The notes under the pieces are model-generated. The model ran no database searches, was not told the DNA's origin, and saw only the letters and a list, made by a program, of their open reading frames with translations. This document shows, in pieces, positions 48,243-58,472 of a stretch of DNA of 64,000 nt; positions within the stretch are counted from its first letter, which is position 1; every line of letters starts with the position of its first letter. Source of the DNA: Candidatus Marinacidobacterales bacterium (lineage in GTDB: Bacteria > Acidobacteriota > Vicinamibacteria > Marinacidobacterales > SMYC01); the NCBI GenBank assembly GCA_965224085.1, contig CBDCYI010000005.1:1664001-1728000 (forward strand), in the 5' to 3' direction. Made by a program: the position numbers and the translations under genes.

Positions 48243-49523
48243 CTAAAGAATCTTGAACCGGAGGAAAAACCCGTAGCTCTTGGGTCGCTCGCCATAGACG
48301 AAGAGAAGATCGTCCGGCACCCAGTGAAGGCTTCCGTAAGCTCCAGCTCCGATGCTCAGGTGCTGAAGCTGCAAGAAATCCATGACGTAGCCGGCATTCA
48401 ACTTGCTTACCTGGTAGACGAGCTGGTGACGCCGGTCGCTGCTTCTGAAGAGCTCGTCCTTCTCGGCAAACTCCCACCGCGCGAACAAGCTATGCGCTCC
48501 CGCGAAGCGCCACCCCGTCTCTACTAAAAAGGCGCTCCTCGTCGGTTGGACGCCGGGCGTGAAATGGATGTGGAACGAAGCGGGCAGAACTTGAGGGGCG
48601 ACCGGCTCGTCCCACTTGTTGCGGCCCCAAGCTATTGTCGTCTGCCAGTTCCCTTGCGGCAGAGGCCGGTTGTAGGTGGCCGAGGCGGTCATACGCAGAA
48701 GGTCTTGCCCCGGATGTAGAATCTCGGGCTCCTGCAAGAGCCCCAAGCTTCCTTGGAGCGACCAATTCGGAGAAGGGTTCACCGTCATCCTCGCGGAGAA
48801 CGAGTCGAGACGAATGGGATCGACGTCCCATCGATTCGCATCGGGCTCGCGGCCATTGAACAACGAACCTTCGAGTTTGACCTTTTTGGCGCGGCTCCAG
48901 CCAAAGGTCGAAACGCCGTAAGAGATGTGCGTGGCGTCGAGCCAGTGATGTGCGATAGGGGCGACAGGGTTCTCCACGGCTGCGGCGCGATGCATGAATG
49001 CCGTCGGACCGATGGCCGGATCGCCCACAGGCGCGAAGTAGAAGAAAATCTCGTCCGTCTTGGTAACGGGCCGCCGGTAGCGCATCGAGACCTCCATCAG
49101 CACGTCGTGCGGGTGCTGGCGGTCGTAGAGCGGGTTCCTGCCGTCCGCGGTCTCACCGGTTTGGAGCAGCAAACGATAGCCTTCACTTCCTAGCATGGGC
49201 TCGAGCGAGGCCATGAACCGGATCCCGAAACCGCCGCGATTAGCGGAGAACATCGCCATGTTGGTGCTGAACCCGTCCGACCTGCCGCGAGGGTCTGACT
49301 CTTTTTGATAGGCGAAGTTGGCAAAGCCGTGCACCATGAAGGCCCACTCATCCGAGCTGAAGTGAAGACCTTCCATCGGCGAAGAAGCCGGCTGCCAGCT
49401 CGTGCCCGATCCTTCGCGCGGCCGCTCGTGTTCGTTCGAGACACCGTGCTCATGCTCCTGCGCGTTTGCGTGCGGGACGATTAGAAGGAGAAGACCCAGT
49501 ACGCCGGGTTGAATATGTGTCAT
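48243..49523 (-). CDS. Putative outer-membrane beta-barrel protein with a His-containing N-terminus
   Basis: Signal peptide ANA|QEHEH, SGTSWQP, DRQHPHD, HHWLDATHI, amphipathic strands and an aromatic C-terminus. Confidence 0.65.
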   Translation of the reverse strand: MTHIQPGVLGLLLLIVPHANAQEHEHGVSNEHERPREGSGTSWQPASSPMEGLHFSSDEWAFMVHGFANFAYQKESDPRGRSDGFSTNMAMFSANRGGFGIRFMASLEPMLGSEGYRLLLQTGETADGRNPLYDRQHPHDVLMEVSMRYRRPVTKTDEIFFYFAPVGDPAIGPTAFMHRAAAVENPVAPIAHHWLDATHISYGVSTFGWSRAKKVKLEGSLFNGREPDANRWDVDPIRLDSFSARMTVNPSPNWSLQGSLGLLQEPEILHPGQDLLRMTASATYNRPLPQGNWQTTIAWGRNKWDEPVAPQVLPASFHIHFTPGVQPTRSAFLVETGWRFAGAHSLFARWEFAEKDELFRSSDRRHQLVYQVSKLNAGYVMDFLQLQHLSIGAGAYGSLHWVPDDLLFVYGERPKSYGFFLRFKIL

Positions 49524-49576
49524 CGAATACAGGCTACGCACTATTATATAACTCGCGAAACGGAGGTATGCATTTC

Positions 49577-49975
49577 ATGGTGGAGCGAAAAGCGGTCGGA
49601 AGTGGCGTCTCCTGGGAAGAGGAATTCGGCTATTCCCGTGCGGTCCGTGTGGGCGACCGCATTGTCGTCTCAGGAACGACCGCGACCGGCCCGGAAGGGC
49701 TCGTGGCGCGAGGGGACGCGGCGGGCCAGGCGCGCTATGCGCTCGACAAGATCGAAAAAGCCATCAACGCGCTCGGCGGTACGCTCGGCGACGTCGTGCG
49801 CACGCGCATCTTCGTGGCCAGCGTGGACGACTGGAAAGCCATCGCTTCCGTCCACGGTGAGCGCTTCGGCAAGATCCGCCCCGCGAACACGCTCGTCCGC
49901 GCCGACCTCATCGGCGAAGAATATCTCGTCGAGATCGAAGCCGAAGCCGTCGTCGGCAGCGCGACCTCGGAATGA
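49577..49975 (+). CDS. RidA/YjgF-family protein
   Basis: GYSRAVRVG..VSGTT, RPANT, LVEIEAEA. Confidence 0.88.
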   Translation: MVERKAVGSGVSWEEEFGYSRAVRVGDRIVVSGTTATGPEGLVARGDAAGQARYALDKIEKAINALGGTLGDVVRTRIFVASVDDWKAIASVHGERFGKIRPANTLVRADLIGEEYLVEIEAEAVVGSATSE

Positions 49976-50982
49976 GCGAGCCCATCCGCTTCAGTCTTCG
50001 TCTCAATAACGACCTTCCGCTCGGCGACTATGTGGAGCTGGCCCGCGCCGCGGAAGTGTCGGGCTTCGATCAGTTCTGGGTGAGCAACGATCTCTTCATC
50101 AAGAGCTCGCCCGTCATCCTCGCGGCCGTCGCGACGGCGACGACGCGCATCGGTCTCGGCACGTGCATCTTGAATCCCTATACGATCGACCCGAGCGAGA
50201 TCGCGATGATCGCAGCGAGCCTCGACGAGCTCAGCGGGAGCCGTTTTCATCTCGGCCTCGCCGCGGGCGCACGGGACTTCGTCAACTGGGTCAGCATCGA
50301 GCACCGAAGCCCGCTCGCGGCCGTGCGCGAGTCGGTGGCCGTGATCCGGAAGCTTCTCGCGGGAGAGAAAGCGGTCCTCGACGGAAAATACTTGAAGTGG
50401 ACCGATGAAGCTTACTTGAGGTTCGAGGCGCCCCGCGTCACCCCGATCTATATCGGCGCGCTCGGACCGAAGATGCTCCGCCTTACCGGCGAGATCGCCG
50501 ACGGCGCGCTTCCGCTCCTCTTCCCGCCGGAGCACTATTTCACCGTGCGCGATCTTCTCGCCGAAGGCGCGCGCGAGCGTGAGGCCGCTTTGGGAGAGCT
50601 CGACTTTGCCGCATGCATCTGGGTATCGCTCTCTCCAAATAGCGACGCCGCGCGCCGCGCGATCGCGGAAAAGATCGCCTATTACGGCTCGGCGCTTTCA
50701 CCGCTCATCCTCGAGCGGCTCGACCTGACCCGGAAGGACTTTGCCGAAATCGAGCACGCGGTCGTGCAGGAGCGCGACATGGACAAAGCGTGCGCGCTCG
50801 TCGACGATCGCATGCTCCGCATCGGCGTGACCGGCGCGCCGCGTGAGCTCATCCCGAGGCTCGAGGCCCTCGTCGAAGCCGGCGCCCGTCATTTGAGCTT
50901 CGGACCGCCGCTCGGCCCCGATCCTCTCGAAGCGGTAAAGCTCCTCGGCCGCGAAGTGCTTCCCTACTTCCGCCGCGGGTGA
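49972..50982 (+). CDS. LLM-class (Mer-like) flavin/F420-dependent oxidoreductase
   Basis: AE..GFD..W, T.RI.LGT.ILNPY, LDELSG.RF.LG, PIYIGA.GPKML..GEIADG. Confidence 0.88.
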   Translation: MSEPIRFSLRLNNDLPLGDYVELARAAEVSGFDQFWVSNDLFIKSSPVILAAVATATTRIGLGTCILNPYTIDPSEIAMIAASLDELSGSRFHLGLAAGARDFVNWVSIEHRSPLAAVRESVAVIRKLLAGEKAVLDGKYLKWTDEAYLRFEAPRVTPIYIGALGPKMLRLTGEIADGALPLLFPPEHYFTVRDLLAEGAREREAALGELDFAACIWVSLSPNSDAARRAIAEKIAYYGSALSPLILERLDLTRKDFAEIEHAVVQERDMDKACALVDDRMLRIGVTGAPRELIPRLEALVEAGARHLSFGPPLGPDPLEAVKLLGREVLPYFRRG

Positions 50983-50995
50983 CAAGATTGATGTA

Positions 50996-52612
50996 ATGGG
51001 TGTCATCAAAAGCCAGATCAAGACGAGCTCCGAAGAGTTCCGGCACAACGACGAGGTCAACCGCGCCCTCAACGAAGACCTCTCGAGAAAGCTCGAAACG
51101 ATCCGAGAAGGCGGTGGCGAGACATCCCATGCGAGGCACCGCGACCAAGGCAAGATCTTCGTCCGCGACCGCATTGCGCTCCTCATCGACGAGGGGACGC
51201 CGTTTCTGGAGCTCAGCGCCCTCGCAGGCCACGAGCTCTACGATGCCGCCGTTCCTGCCGGAGGGCTCGTCACCGGGGTAGGTCTCGTGCGCGGGCGCCA
51301 GTGCATGATCGTGGCGAACGACGCAACGGTAAAAGGCGGCACCTATTACCCGATCACCGTGAAAAAGCACCTGCGCGCACAGGAGGTAGCACTCGGGAAC
51401 CGTCTTCCATGCGTCTATCTCGTCGATAGCGGTGGCGCCTTCTTGCCGCTCCAAGCGGAAGTCTTCCCCGACCGCGATCACTTCGGCCGCATCTTTCGCA
51501 ACCAAGCGGTCCTGAGCGCTGCGCGCGTCCCGCAGATCTCTGCCGTCATGGGCATGTGCACGGCCGGGGGCGCCTACGTTCCCGCGATGAGCGATCAATC
51601 TGTCATCGTCAACGGCACCGGCACCATTTTTCTCGCGGGCCCGCCGCTCGTGAAAGCCGCGACGGGCGAAGACGTCTCAGCCGAAGATCTCGGCGGCGCG
51701 CGTGTCCACACGGAGATTTCCGGGGTCGCGGATCACTTCGCTGAAGACGACGAGCACGCTCTCGAGATCTTGCGCGACGTCGTCGGCCATCTCGGAGGAC
51801 GTCCCGATGCGGCCGAGGCGGCGTCTTCCCTCGAATCTCCTGAGCCTCCCGCCTACGACCCCGACGAGCTTCTCGGCGTCTGGCCACGCGATTCGAGGCG
51901 GCAAGTCGACGTGCGTGAAGTCATCGCGCGCCTCGTCGACGGAAGCCGTTTTTTCGAGTTCAAGAAGCGCTACGGGACGACACTCGTCACCGGCTTCGCG
52001 CATATCGAAGGGATGCGCGTCGGCATCATTGCGAATAACGGTGTTTTGTTCAGCGAGAGTGCTTTGAAAGCAACCCATTTCATTGAGCTCTGCACTGCGG
52101 AGAAAGTGCCGCTTCTCTTCTTGCAGAACATCACGGGCTTCATGGTTGGCGCGCAGTACGAGCGCGGCGGTATCGCGAAAGACGGTGCGAAGTTGGTGCA
52201 CGCTGTCGCCACCGCACGCGTACCGAAGCTCACGCTCATCCTCGGAGGCAGCTTCGGCGCCGGCAATTACGGCATGTGCGGGCGGGCTTACGATCCCCGC
52301 TTTCTATGGACGTGGCCGACGAGCCGCATCTCCGTCATGGGCGGCGAGCAAGCGGCGCAAGTCCTTATCACGGTCAAGCGCGATCAGCTCGCGCGCAAGA
52401 ACGAGACGCTCTCGAGCGACGAGGCGCGCGCGATTGCCGAACCGATTCTAGAAAAATACGAACGCGAAGGCCATCCTTATTATGCCTCTGCGCGTCTGTG
52501 GGACGACGGTGTCGTGGACATGCGCGCCACCCGTACCGTTCTTGCCTTGAGCCTCGCGACGGTTTTGAACGCACCCATCGAAGACACGCGGGTCGGCGTC
52601 TTCCGGATGTAG
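50996..52612 (+). CDS. 3-methylcrotonyl/geranyl-CoA carboxylase carboxyltransferase subunit (LiuB/AtuC-like)
   Basis: [47 protein letters not shown]. Confidence 0.93.
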   Translation: MGVIKSQIKTSSEEFRHNDEVNRALNEDLSRKLETIREGGGETSHARHRDQGKIFVRDRIALLIDEGTPFLELSALAGHELYDAAVPAGGLVTGVGLVRGRQCMIVANDATVKGGTYYPITVKKHLRAQEVALGNRLPCVYLVDSGGAFLPLQAEVFPDRDHFGRIFRNQAVLSAARVPQISAVMGMCTAGGAYVPAMSDQSVIVNGTGTIFLAGPPLVKAATGEDVSAEDLGGARVHTEISGVADHFAEDDEHALEILRDVVGHLGGRPDAAEAASSLESPEPPAYDPDELLGVWPRDSRRQVDVREVIARLVDGSRFFEFKKRYGTTLVTGFAHIEGMRVGIIANNGVLFSESALKATHFIELCTAEKVPLLFLQNITGFMVGAQYERGGIAKDGAKLVHAVATARVPKLTLILGGSFGAGNYGMCGRAYDPRFLWTWPTSRISVMGGEQAAQVLITVKRDQLARKNETLSSDEARAIAEPILEKYEREGHPYYASARLWDDGVVDMRATRTVLALSLATVLNAPIEDTRVGVFRM

Positions 52613-52615
52613 GTC

Positions 52616-54466
52616 ATGGCACGAACGACAACGCTTCGAATCGCGAATGCCGGCGGCTATTGGGGTGACGACCCTTATGCGATGCGCCGGCAAATTCTCG
52701 GCGATCTTCCCATCGACTACGTCTCGATGGACTTTCTCGCCGAGATCACGATGAGCATCTTGCAAAAACAGTTCGCCCGCGATTCGAGCGCCGGCTATGC
52801 GCGAGACTTCGTGACGCAGGTCGATCCGTTGCTCGAAGACATCAAGGAGCGCGGGATCCGTATCATCACAAATGCGGGGGGGGTAAACCCCAAAGCTTGT
52901 GCCCAAGCGCTCTTCGCGGTCGCGAAGGCGCGCGGCGTCGATCTCAAAGTAGCGGTCGTGGGCGGTGACGACGTCGTTCCCAAGCTCGATACACTCGCCC
53001 TCGACAACATGGAAACGGGCGAGGCGCTCGGGGACTATCGCGACAAAGTGCTCTCGGCCAACGCTTATTTCGGCGCCATGCCGGTCGTCGCCGCGCTCGA
53101 AGAAGAGCCCGACATCGTGCTCTCCGGACGCGTCACCGATACGGGCATAACACTCGCAGCATTGATCCACGAGTTCGATTGGTCACCCGACGACTACGAT
53201 TACCTCGCGCAAGGCATCGTCGCTGCGCATCTCATTGAGTGCGGCGCCCAAGCGACGGGCGGGAACTTTACCGATTGGGAAAAAGTGTCGAGCTATATCG
53301 ATGTCGGCTTCCCGATTGTGGAGTTCGAGCCGGACGGCACGTTCGTTGTAACGAAACATCCCGGCTCGGGAGGCCTCGTGAGTCTACAGACGGTTCGCGA
53401 GCAATTTCTGTACGAGATGGGCCACCCGCAGGTCTACATCACGCCCGACGCCATCGCCGATTTTACGACGATGACTCTCGAGACCGATGGTGAGAACCGC
53501 GTGCGCATCCAAGGCGCCCGCGGACGGGAGCCCACCGACCAGCTGAAAGTCTCGACAGCGCTCGACGACGGCTTCAAATCCGCGGGGACCCTCATCATCT
53601 CGGGCCCTGACGCCCGCGCCAAAGCCGAAATGTTCGCGTCGATCTTTTGGACGCGGCTCGCCGCCGAGCTCGAGCGCGAAGGCTTGACGCCTTTCGAAGC
53701 CACCCATACCGAGTTCATCGGCGACGACGCCACTCATCGTGGCCTCACGCCCGAGCACCGCGCGGTGGAGATCTTGTTGCGCCTTGCCGCGCGCGATCAC
53801 GAACGGCGCAAGATCGAGATCTTTCGCAAGCTGCTGCCCGGTCTCATCTTGAGTGGACCGGGCGGTGTGGCAGTCACGGGAGGAGCGCCTTACATCTCGA
53901 ACGTCGTGCGTTACTGGCCGAGCCTCATCGAGCAAGCGGCAGCGCCTGCGTCGCTCGCCGTGTACGAGAACGGTGAGGCCGTCCTGGAACGAGAAAATCT
54001 GAACTGGCCCGAGACGGGCGGCACGATGGAGCCCCCCGGAGGACTCGACGATCCGCACCCGACGTCGATGCTCGACGCCCTCGCGGGCGACCAAGTGGAA
54101 GTCCCGCTCATGGCCATCGCGCATGCTCGAAGCGGCGACAAAGGCGATACGGCCAATATCGGTCTCATCGGCCGGAGCGCGGCGTCCTATGTCTGGCTGC
54201 GGGAGCAAGTGAGCGCCGAGCGCCTGCGCGGTTGGTTCGAAGGCATCGTACACGGCGAGGTCCACCGCTATCTCGTGCCGAATCTTTGGGCGCTGAATTT
54301 TCTGCTCGATGAATCGCTTGGAGGCGGCGGCACCGTCAGCCTCTATACCGACGCTCAAGGCAAGACCTACGGCCAAGCGCTTCTTCGCTGCCGGGTGCTC
54401 GTCCCCGCAAAGCTTCTCGAGACGATTGCGGCCTGTGATCGGCCTTCGGGGAAGGAGCTTTCGTGA
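52616..54466 (+). CDS. atuA: Acyclic terpene utilisation AtuA-family protein
   Basis: GGYWGD, DFLAEITM, NAGGVNP, ECGAQATGGNF, ARSGDKGD, DAQGK. Confidence 0.9.
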   Translation: MARTTTLRIANAGGYWGDDPYAMRRQILGDLPIDYVSMDFLAEITMSILQKQFARDSSAGYARDFVTQVDPLLEDIKERGIRIITNAGGVNPKACAQALFAVAKARGVDLKVAVVGGDDVVPKLDTLALDNMETGEALGDYRDKVLSANAYFGAMPVVAALEEEPDIVLSGRVTDTGITLAALIHEFDWSPDDYDYLAQGIVAAHLIECGAQATGGNFTDWEKVSSYIDVGFPIVEFEPDGTFVVTKHPGSGGLVSLQTVREQFLYEMGHPQVYITPDAIADFTTMTLETDGENRVRIQGARGREPTDQLKVSTALDDGFKSAGTLIISGPDARAKAEMFASIFWTRLAAELEREGLTPFEATHTEFIGDDATHRGLTPEHRAVEILLRLAARDHERRKIEIFRKLLPGLILSGPGGVAVTGGAPYISNVVRYWPSLIEQAAAPASLAVYENGEAVLERENLNWPETGGTMEPPGGLDDPHPTSMLDALAGDQVEVPLMAIAHARSGDKGDTANIGLIGRSAASYVWLREQVSAERLRGWFEGIVHGEVHRYLVPNLWALNFLLDESLGGGGTVSLYTDAQGKTYGQALLRCRVLVPAKLLETIAACDRPSGKELS

Positions 54467-55317
54467 AGGACTTTCTCGTCGATGGGATCCTCACCGAAGC
54501 GTCCACGCTGCGCGTGGAGTCGCTCTCGCTCGGGGTAAAGCGGATCGTATTCGCGCGCCCCGACGTGCGAAACGCTTTCGACGAAACGATGATGCAAGAG
54601 CTCGGAGGCGTGCTCGACCAACTCGCCTCGATACCCGACGCGCAGCAAATGCGTCTTTTGATCCTCGAAGGCGAAGGCAAAGTCTTCAGCGCCGGCGCCG
54701 ACCTCGGCTACATGAAGCGGCTCGCTCTGAAGAGTGAAGCCGAGAGCTTCGAAGATGCAAAGACGCTCGCGCAGCTCTTCTATCGTCTCGCGGATTTCCC
54801 GGCGCCTGTTCTCGCCGTCGTCCAAGGCGCGGCGATTGGCGGCGGGCTCGGTCTCGCCGTATGCGCAGACTACGTGCTCGCGGAGGAAGAAGCGCGCTTC
54901 GCGACGTCCGAAGTGCTTCTCGGGATCGTCCCGGGCGTGATCAGCCCTTACATCGTCCGGAAGATCGGGCTCGGTGCGGCGGCACCGATGATGATGACCG
55001 GCAAGAGACTCTCGGCGACTGAAGCCAAGGAGCTCGGTCTCGTCCAGAGCCTCACCAGTGCCCGTCACCGAGCCGCGGTGCTTCAAGACGTCGTGCTCGA
55101 GTTCCTGGCTGCGGGCCCCGAAGCGGCGCGCCGCACCAAAGCGCTCCTGAAGGAGGCGTTGCCTTTGCCCGGCCCCGAGCTCATCGAGTTCACCGCGCGT
55201 CAGATAGCGGAAGCTCGCTGCTCGCCGGAAGGCCAGATGGGCCTAGAGTCTTTTTTCAGCAAGACGGCGCCAGCCTGGGCCGAGCGAGTAACGCTGCTCA
55301 GAAAGTCGTCTTCCTAG
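54463..55317 (+). CDS. Enoyl-CoA hydratase (methylglutaconyl-CoA hydratase/AtuE-like)
   Basis: RPDVRNAF, FSAGADL, AIGGG.GL, SEV.LGIVP.VISPY. Confidence 0.88.
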   Translation: MKDFLVDGILTEASTLRVESLSLGVKRIVFARPDVRNAFDETMMQELGGVLDQLASIPDAQQMRLLILEGEGKVFSAGADLGYMKRLALKSEAESFEDAKTLAQLFYRLADFPAPVLAVVQGAAIGGGLGLAVCADYVLAEEEARFATSEVLLGIVPGVISPYIVRKIGLGAAAPMMMTGKRLSATEAKELGLVQSLTSARHRAAVLQDVVLEFLAAGPEAARRTKALLKEALPLPGPELIEFTARQIAEARCSPEGQMGLESFFSKTAPAWAERVTLLRKSSS

Positions 55318-57302
55318 TGAAGAAGCTCGTCATTGCCAACCGTGGCGAGATCGCGCGACGCATCCTGCGCTCGGCGCGCGATCGAGGCTACGCCGTTGCC
55401 GTGATCTCGACGCCCGAAGATGCCGATGCCCTCGTGCGCCTGGAGGCGGACGACGTCCTCGAAGTCTCGAGCTTTCTCGCCGCGGACGCGATCGTCTCTG
55501 CTGCGAAGACGTGGGGCGCTACCCTGCTGCATCCAGGCTATGGTTTCCTCTCGGAGAACGCGGATTTTGCCACAGCCGTCGAGAGCGTTTCCATTGGATT
55601 CGTCGGTCCCACGGCCGACGCTATGCGTCAGCTCGGCAACAAAGAGCGCGCCAACGCTCTCGCCGAAGCGAGCGCTGTGCCGACACTTCCTTCGGTGCGT
55701 TCGGACGCGCTCGATGAGTTCGATGCTAGCGGTCTCGAGCCGCCTTATCTCGTGAAGGCGGCCGGCGGCGGCGGCGGCCGCGGGATGCGCATCGTCGAAA
55801 CAAGAGACGCACTCGACGCGGCGCTCGAGCGCGCCTCGGAGGAAGCCGCGGCGGGTTTTTCTGACCCCACCGTTTTCATTGAGCGCTTCTTGCCGAACCC
55901 GCGCCACATCGAGATCCAAGTCTTCGGTGATGGCCAAGGCAAGGGCGTCGTGCTCGGCGAGCGCGAGTGCTCGATGCAGCGGCGCTTCCAGAAAGTCATC
56001 GAAGAAGCGCCGAGTCCCATCGTTGGCGCGCCTCTCCGGAAGAAGATGGGCAAAGCGGCGCTCACGCTGGTTGCGAACACGCGTTATCGCGGTGCAGGTA
56101 CGGTCGAGTTTCTGCTCGATGACGACGGCCAGTTCTACTTCCTCGAAGTCAATACGCGGCTTCAAGTCGAGCACCCCGTGACCGAAGCGGTCTACGACAT
56201 TGATCTCGTCGGTGCTCAGTTCGACCTTGCCGAAGGCAGGTGGCCGGCTGAGTTCCCCGCCCTTGGTTCAGAGCCGATTCTCGAGCCACGGCATTGGTCC
56301 ATCGAAGCGCGCGTGCTCGCAGAAGATCCTCGAGCGGACTTTCTGCCGACGCCCGGGCCGCTCCTCCGATACCGCGAGCCTTCTGGTGAAGGCGTGCGCG
56401 TCGATTCAGGTGTAAGTGAGGGCGGCCGTGTCCACGCGCAGTTCGACTCGATGATCGCAAAGGTGATCGCCACGGCCGAGACCCGCGCCGAAGCTATAGA
56501 GAGGCTCGCGACCGCTCTCGCTTCGTTTGTCGTGCACGGCACGAGGACGAACATCCCGTTTCTTCAAGCGGTCCTCCGGCACCGCGATTTTCGCAGTGGG
56601 GACTTTTCCACCCATTGGATTCTTGACCACCTCGAAGAGCTCAACCGGTCGCTTCTGCCGGAAAGTCTTGAGTCGCGGCTTTTGACACCCGGGTTTCGCG
56701 AGCAGCTCTCCGTCGCGCTTCGCGGCCCGAGCACGGTCGGCCGTTTCGCGGCGCGCTTTCGCGGGCTCGGGAACGACCTCGCGCGCATCGGCAGCCGTCG
56801 CGAGCAGCGCGGTGTCGAGCTCGAGATGAACCCTGTCACTGGGCAGGCGGTGTTGTGGGGCGACGGGATCGCGCACGCTTTGGCGGAATCGACGATGAGC
56901 GCGCGCTTCGACGCGGCGCTAGAAAGTGCTATCGATCAAGCGCGCCGGGAGCCTTCGCGCGTGCGCGTCGAGGCCACCGCGACGGCGCTCGACCCGAGCC
57001 GCATGGAGCTCAGCGTGTTCGGCGAGACCCTTTGTCTCGAGGACCCGCGTGCGCTCAGCCACCGCCGCGTAAAGCTCGCCGCGAGCGATGGAGAAGTGCG
57101 AGCGCCGATGGCCGGGAAGGTCCTCGAGATTCGTGTCGAAGAGGGTGCTGTCGTCGAGGAAGGCGAGGTTCTCATCATTGTGGAATCGATGAAGATGCAG
57201 CTCGAAGTCCACGCACCGATCGCAGGAAGGGTCGACAAGCTCCTCGTGGCCTCGGGCGAGATACTCGACGGCCCCGACGTGATGGCCGTCCTTGCGCCTT
57301 GA
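55317..57302 (+). CDS. Biotin carboxylase / biotin carrier subunit (LiuD/AtuF-like)
   Basis: IANRGEIA, HPGYGFLSEN, GGGGRGM, RLQVEHPVTE, and the ESMKM biotinylation motif. Confidence 0.93.
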   Translation: MKKLVIANRGEIARRILRSARDRGYAVAVISTPEDADALVRLEADDVLEVSSFLAADAIVSAAKTWGATLLHPGYGFLSENADFATAVESVSIGFVGPTADAMRQLGNKERANALAEASAVPTLPSVRSDALDEFDASGLEPPYLVKAAGGGGGRGMRIVETRDALDAALERASEEAAAGFSDPTVFIERFLPNPRHIEIQVFGDGQGKGVVLGERECSMQRRFQKVIEEAPSPIVGAPLRKKMGKAALTLVANTRYRGAGTVEFLLDDDGQFYFLEVNTRLQVEHPVTEAVYDIDLVGAQFDLAEGRWPAEFPALGSEPILEPRHWSIEARVLAEDPRADFLPTPGPLLRYREPSGEGVRVDSGVSEGGRVHAQFDSMIAKVIATAETRAEAIERLATALASFVVHGTRTNIPFLQAVLRHRDFRSGDFSTHWILDHLEELNRSLLPESLESRLLTPGFREQLSVALRGPSTVGRFAARFRGLGNDLARIGSRREQRGVELEMNPVTGQAVLWGDGIAHALAESTMSARFDAALESAIDQARREPSRVRVEATATALDPSRMELSVFGETLCLEDPRALSHRRVKLAASDGEVRAPMAGKVLEIRVEEGAVVEEGEVLIIVESMKMQLEVHAPIAGRVDKLLVASGEILDGPDVMAVLAP

Positions 57303-57319
57303 TTGCGGAAGCGCCTTAG

Positions 57320-58275
57320 CAGCAGTACTCTACCGCCTCGGAATCGCCGATCGCGAGTTCGACTGGTGCGAGCAAGAGCTCCGAAAAGCCGCCCGTGAGA
57401 TGGGCTTCGGTGACGACGTCATGGCGGCGATCGAGAAGGTGAAAACGCTCTACGTTCCGCCCGGAGAGCAGCCGAACCTGATCCGCGATCTTGCTCGCGA
57501 GGCGGAAACTTACGTCTTGGAGCACGATCTCTTGACCGTTTCTCCGCTCGCCCGTGAAGTCTGGCGCATGCGGATGATGACGCCCGAGCGGCAAAAGGTG
57601 AACCCGTTCTTCACCGGCGGCGAGGTCATCAGCGTGTCCTTTCCTACCGACAGTATGGATCACGCCGACAAGCTGATGAGCCTCCGAGGCAACAACATCC
57701 ACTTTGCCTGCGCCACGGTGTTTCACGAGCTCATTCCGGGGACATCACCTCCAGGGATTCATGAACCGGCGTTACAACTCTCACCGGCGGGCGTTCCGCA
57801 CGCCGTTCTGGGGTGAAGGGTGGGCCCTCTACTGGGAGATGTTTCTCTGGGATCGCGGCTTCCAGCGGAGTCCGGAGGACCGGGTCGGGATGCTCTTCTG
57901 GAGGATGCATCGCGCCTCACGCATCCTCTTTTCGCTCGGATTCCACCTGGGCCGCATGACCCTCGAGCACTGCGTGGAGCTTCTCGTGGAGCGAGGCGGC
58001 CACGAAGTCGCGAACGCGGAAGCGGAAGTGCGTCGGTCCTTCAACGGTTCCTACCCGCCGCTCTACCAGCTTGCCTACATGATGGGCGGGTTGCAGTTTC
58101 GCGCTCTCCACCACGAGATGGTGAGCTCGGGCCAGATGACGAACCGCGAGTTCCACGACGCGGTGCTCCGGGGCGGCTCTATACCTATCGAGATGGTGCG
58201 GTGCGGGTGAAAAAGGAGCGCATCCCACGCGCCTACGCCACGAGATGGAAGTTCGAGGGTGAGCTCGAGAACTGA
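57320..58275 (+). pseudogene. DUF885-family protein, C-terminal fragment with two frameshifts
   Basis: HELIPG|HHLQ is split across frames at about 57740. EGWALYWE, YQLAYMMGG and FHDAVL follow, with a second shift at about 58200. The N-terminal part is absent. Confidence 0.75.
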
Positions 58276-58388
58276 CGACAGAGACGTTCCGCATACACGA
58301 CGTGAAACGCCAGTTGGCCGACGAAGAGTTCGAGGCTCTCGGAAAAGGACGACCCAATGAGACCAGGCGTCGCTCACTACAGTGAGGA

Positions 58389-58420
58389 CAGCCGATGGCC
58401 AGTCAAGCGGCCATCGGCTG
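58389..58420. repeat. Perfect 12-bp inverted repeat
   Basis: CAGCCGATGGCC-AGTCAAGC-GGCCATCGGCTG. Confidence 0.7.
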
Positions 58421-58472
58421 ACGAAGTTCGAGAGGGGGGCTGGCAGCAAAGCCGACCCACTGATAGGCTTCG

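Noticed and set aside
58290-58440. Hairpin followed by CTGACGA, suggesting a hammerhead ribozyme
   Set aside because: No correctly placed GAAA, stem II or UH cleavage site, and the CTG is part of the hairpin stem.
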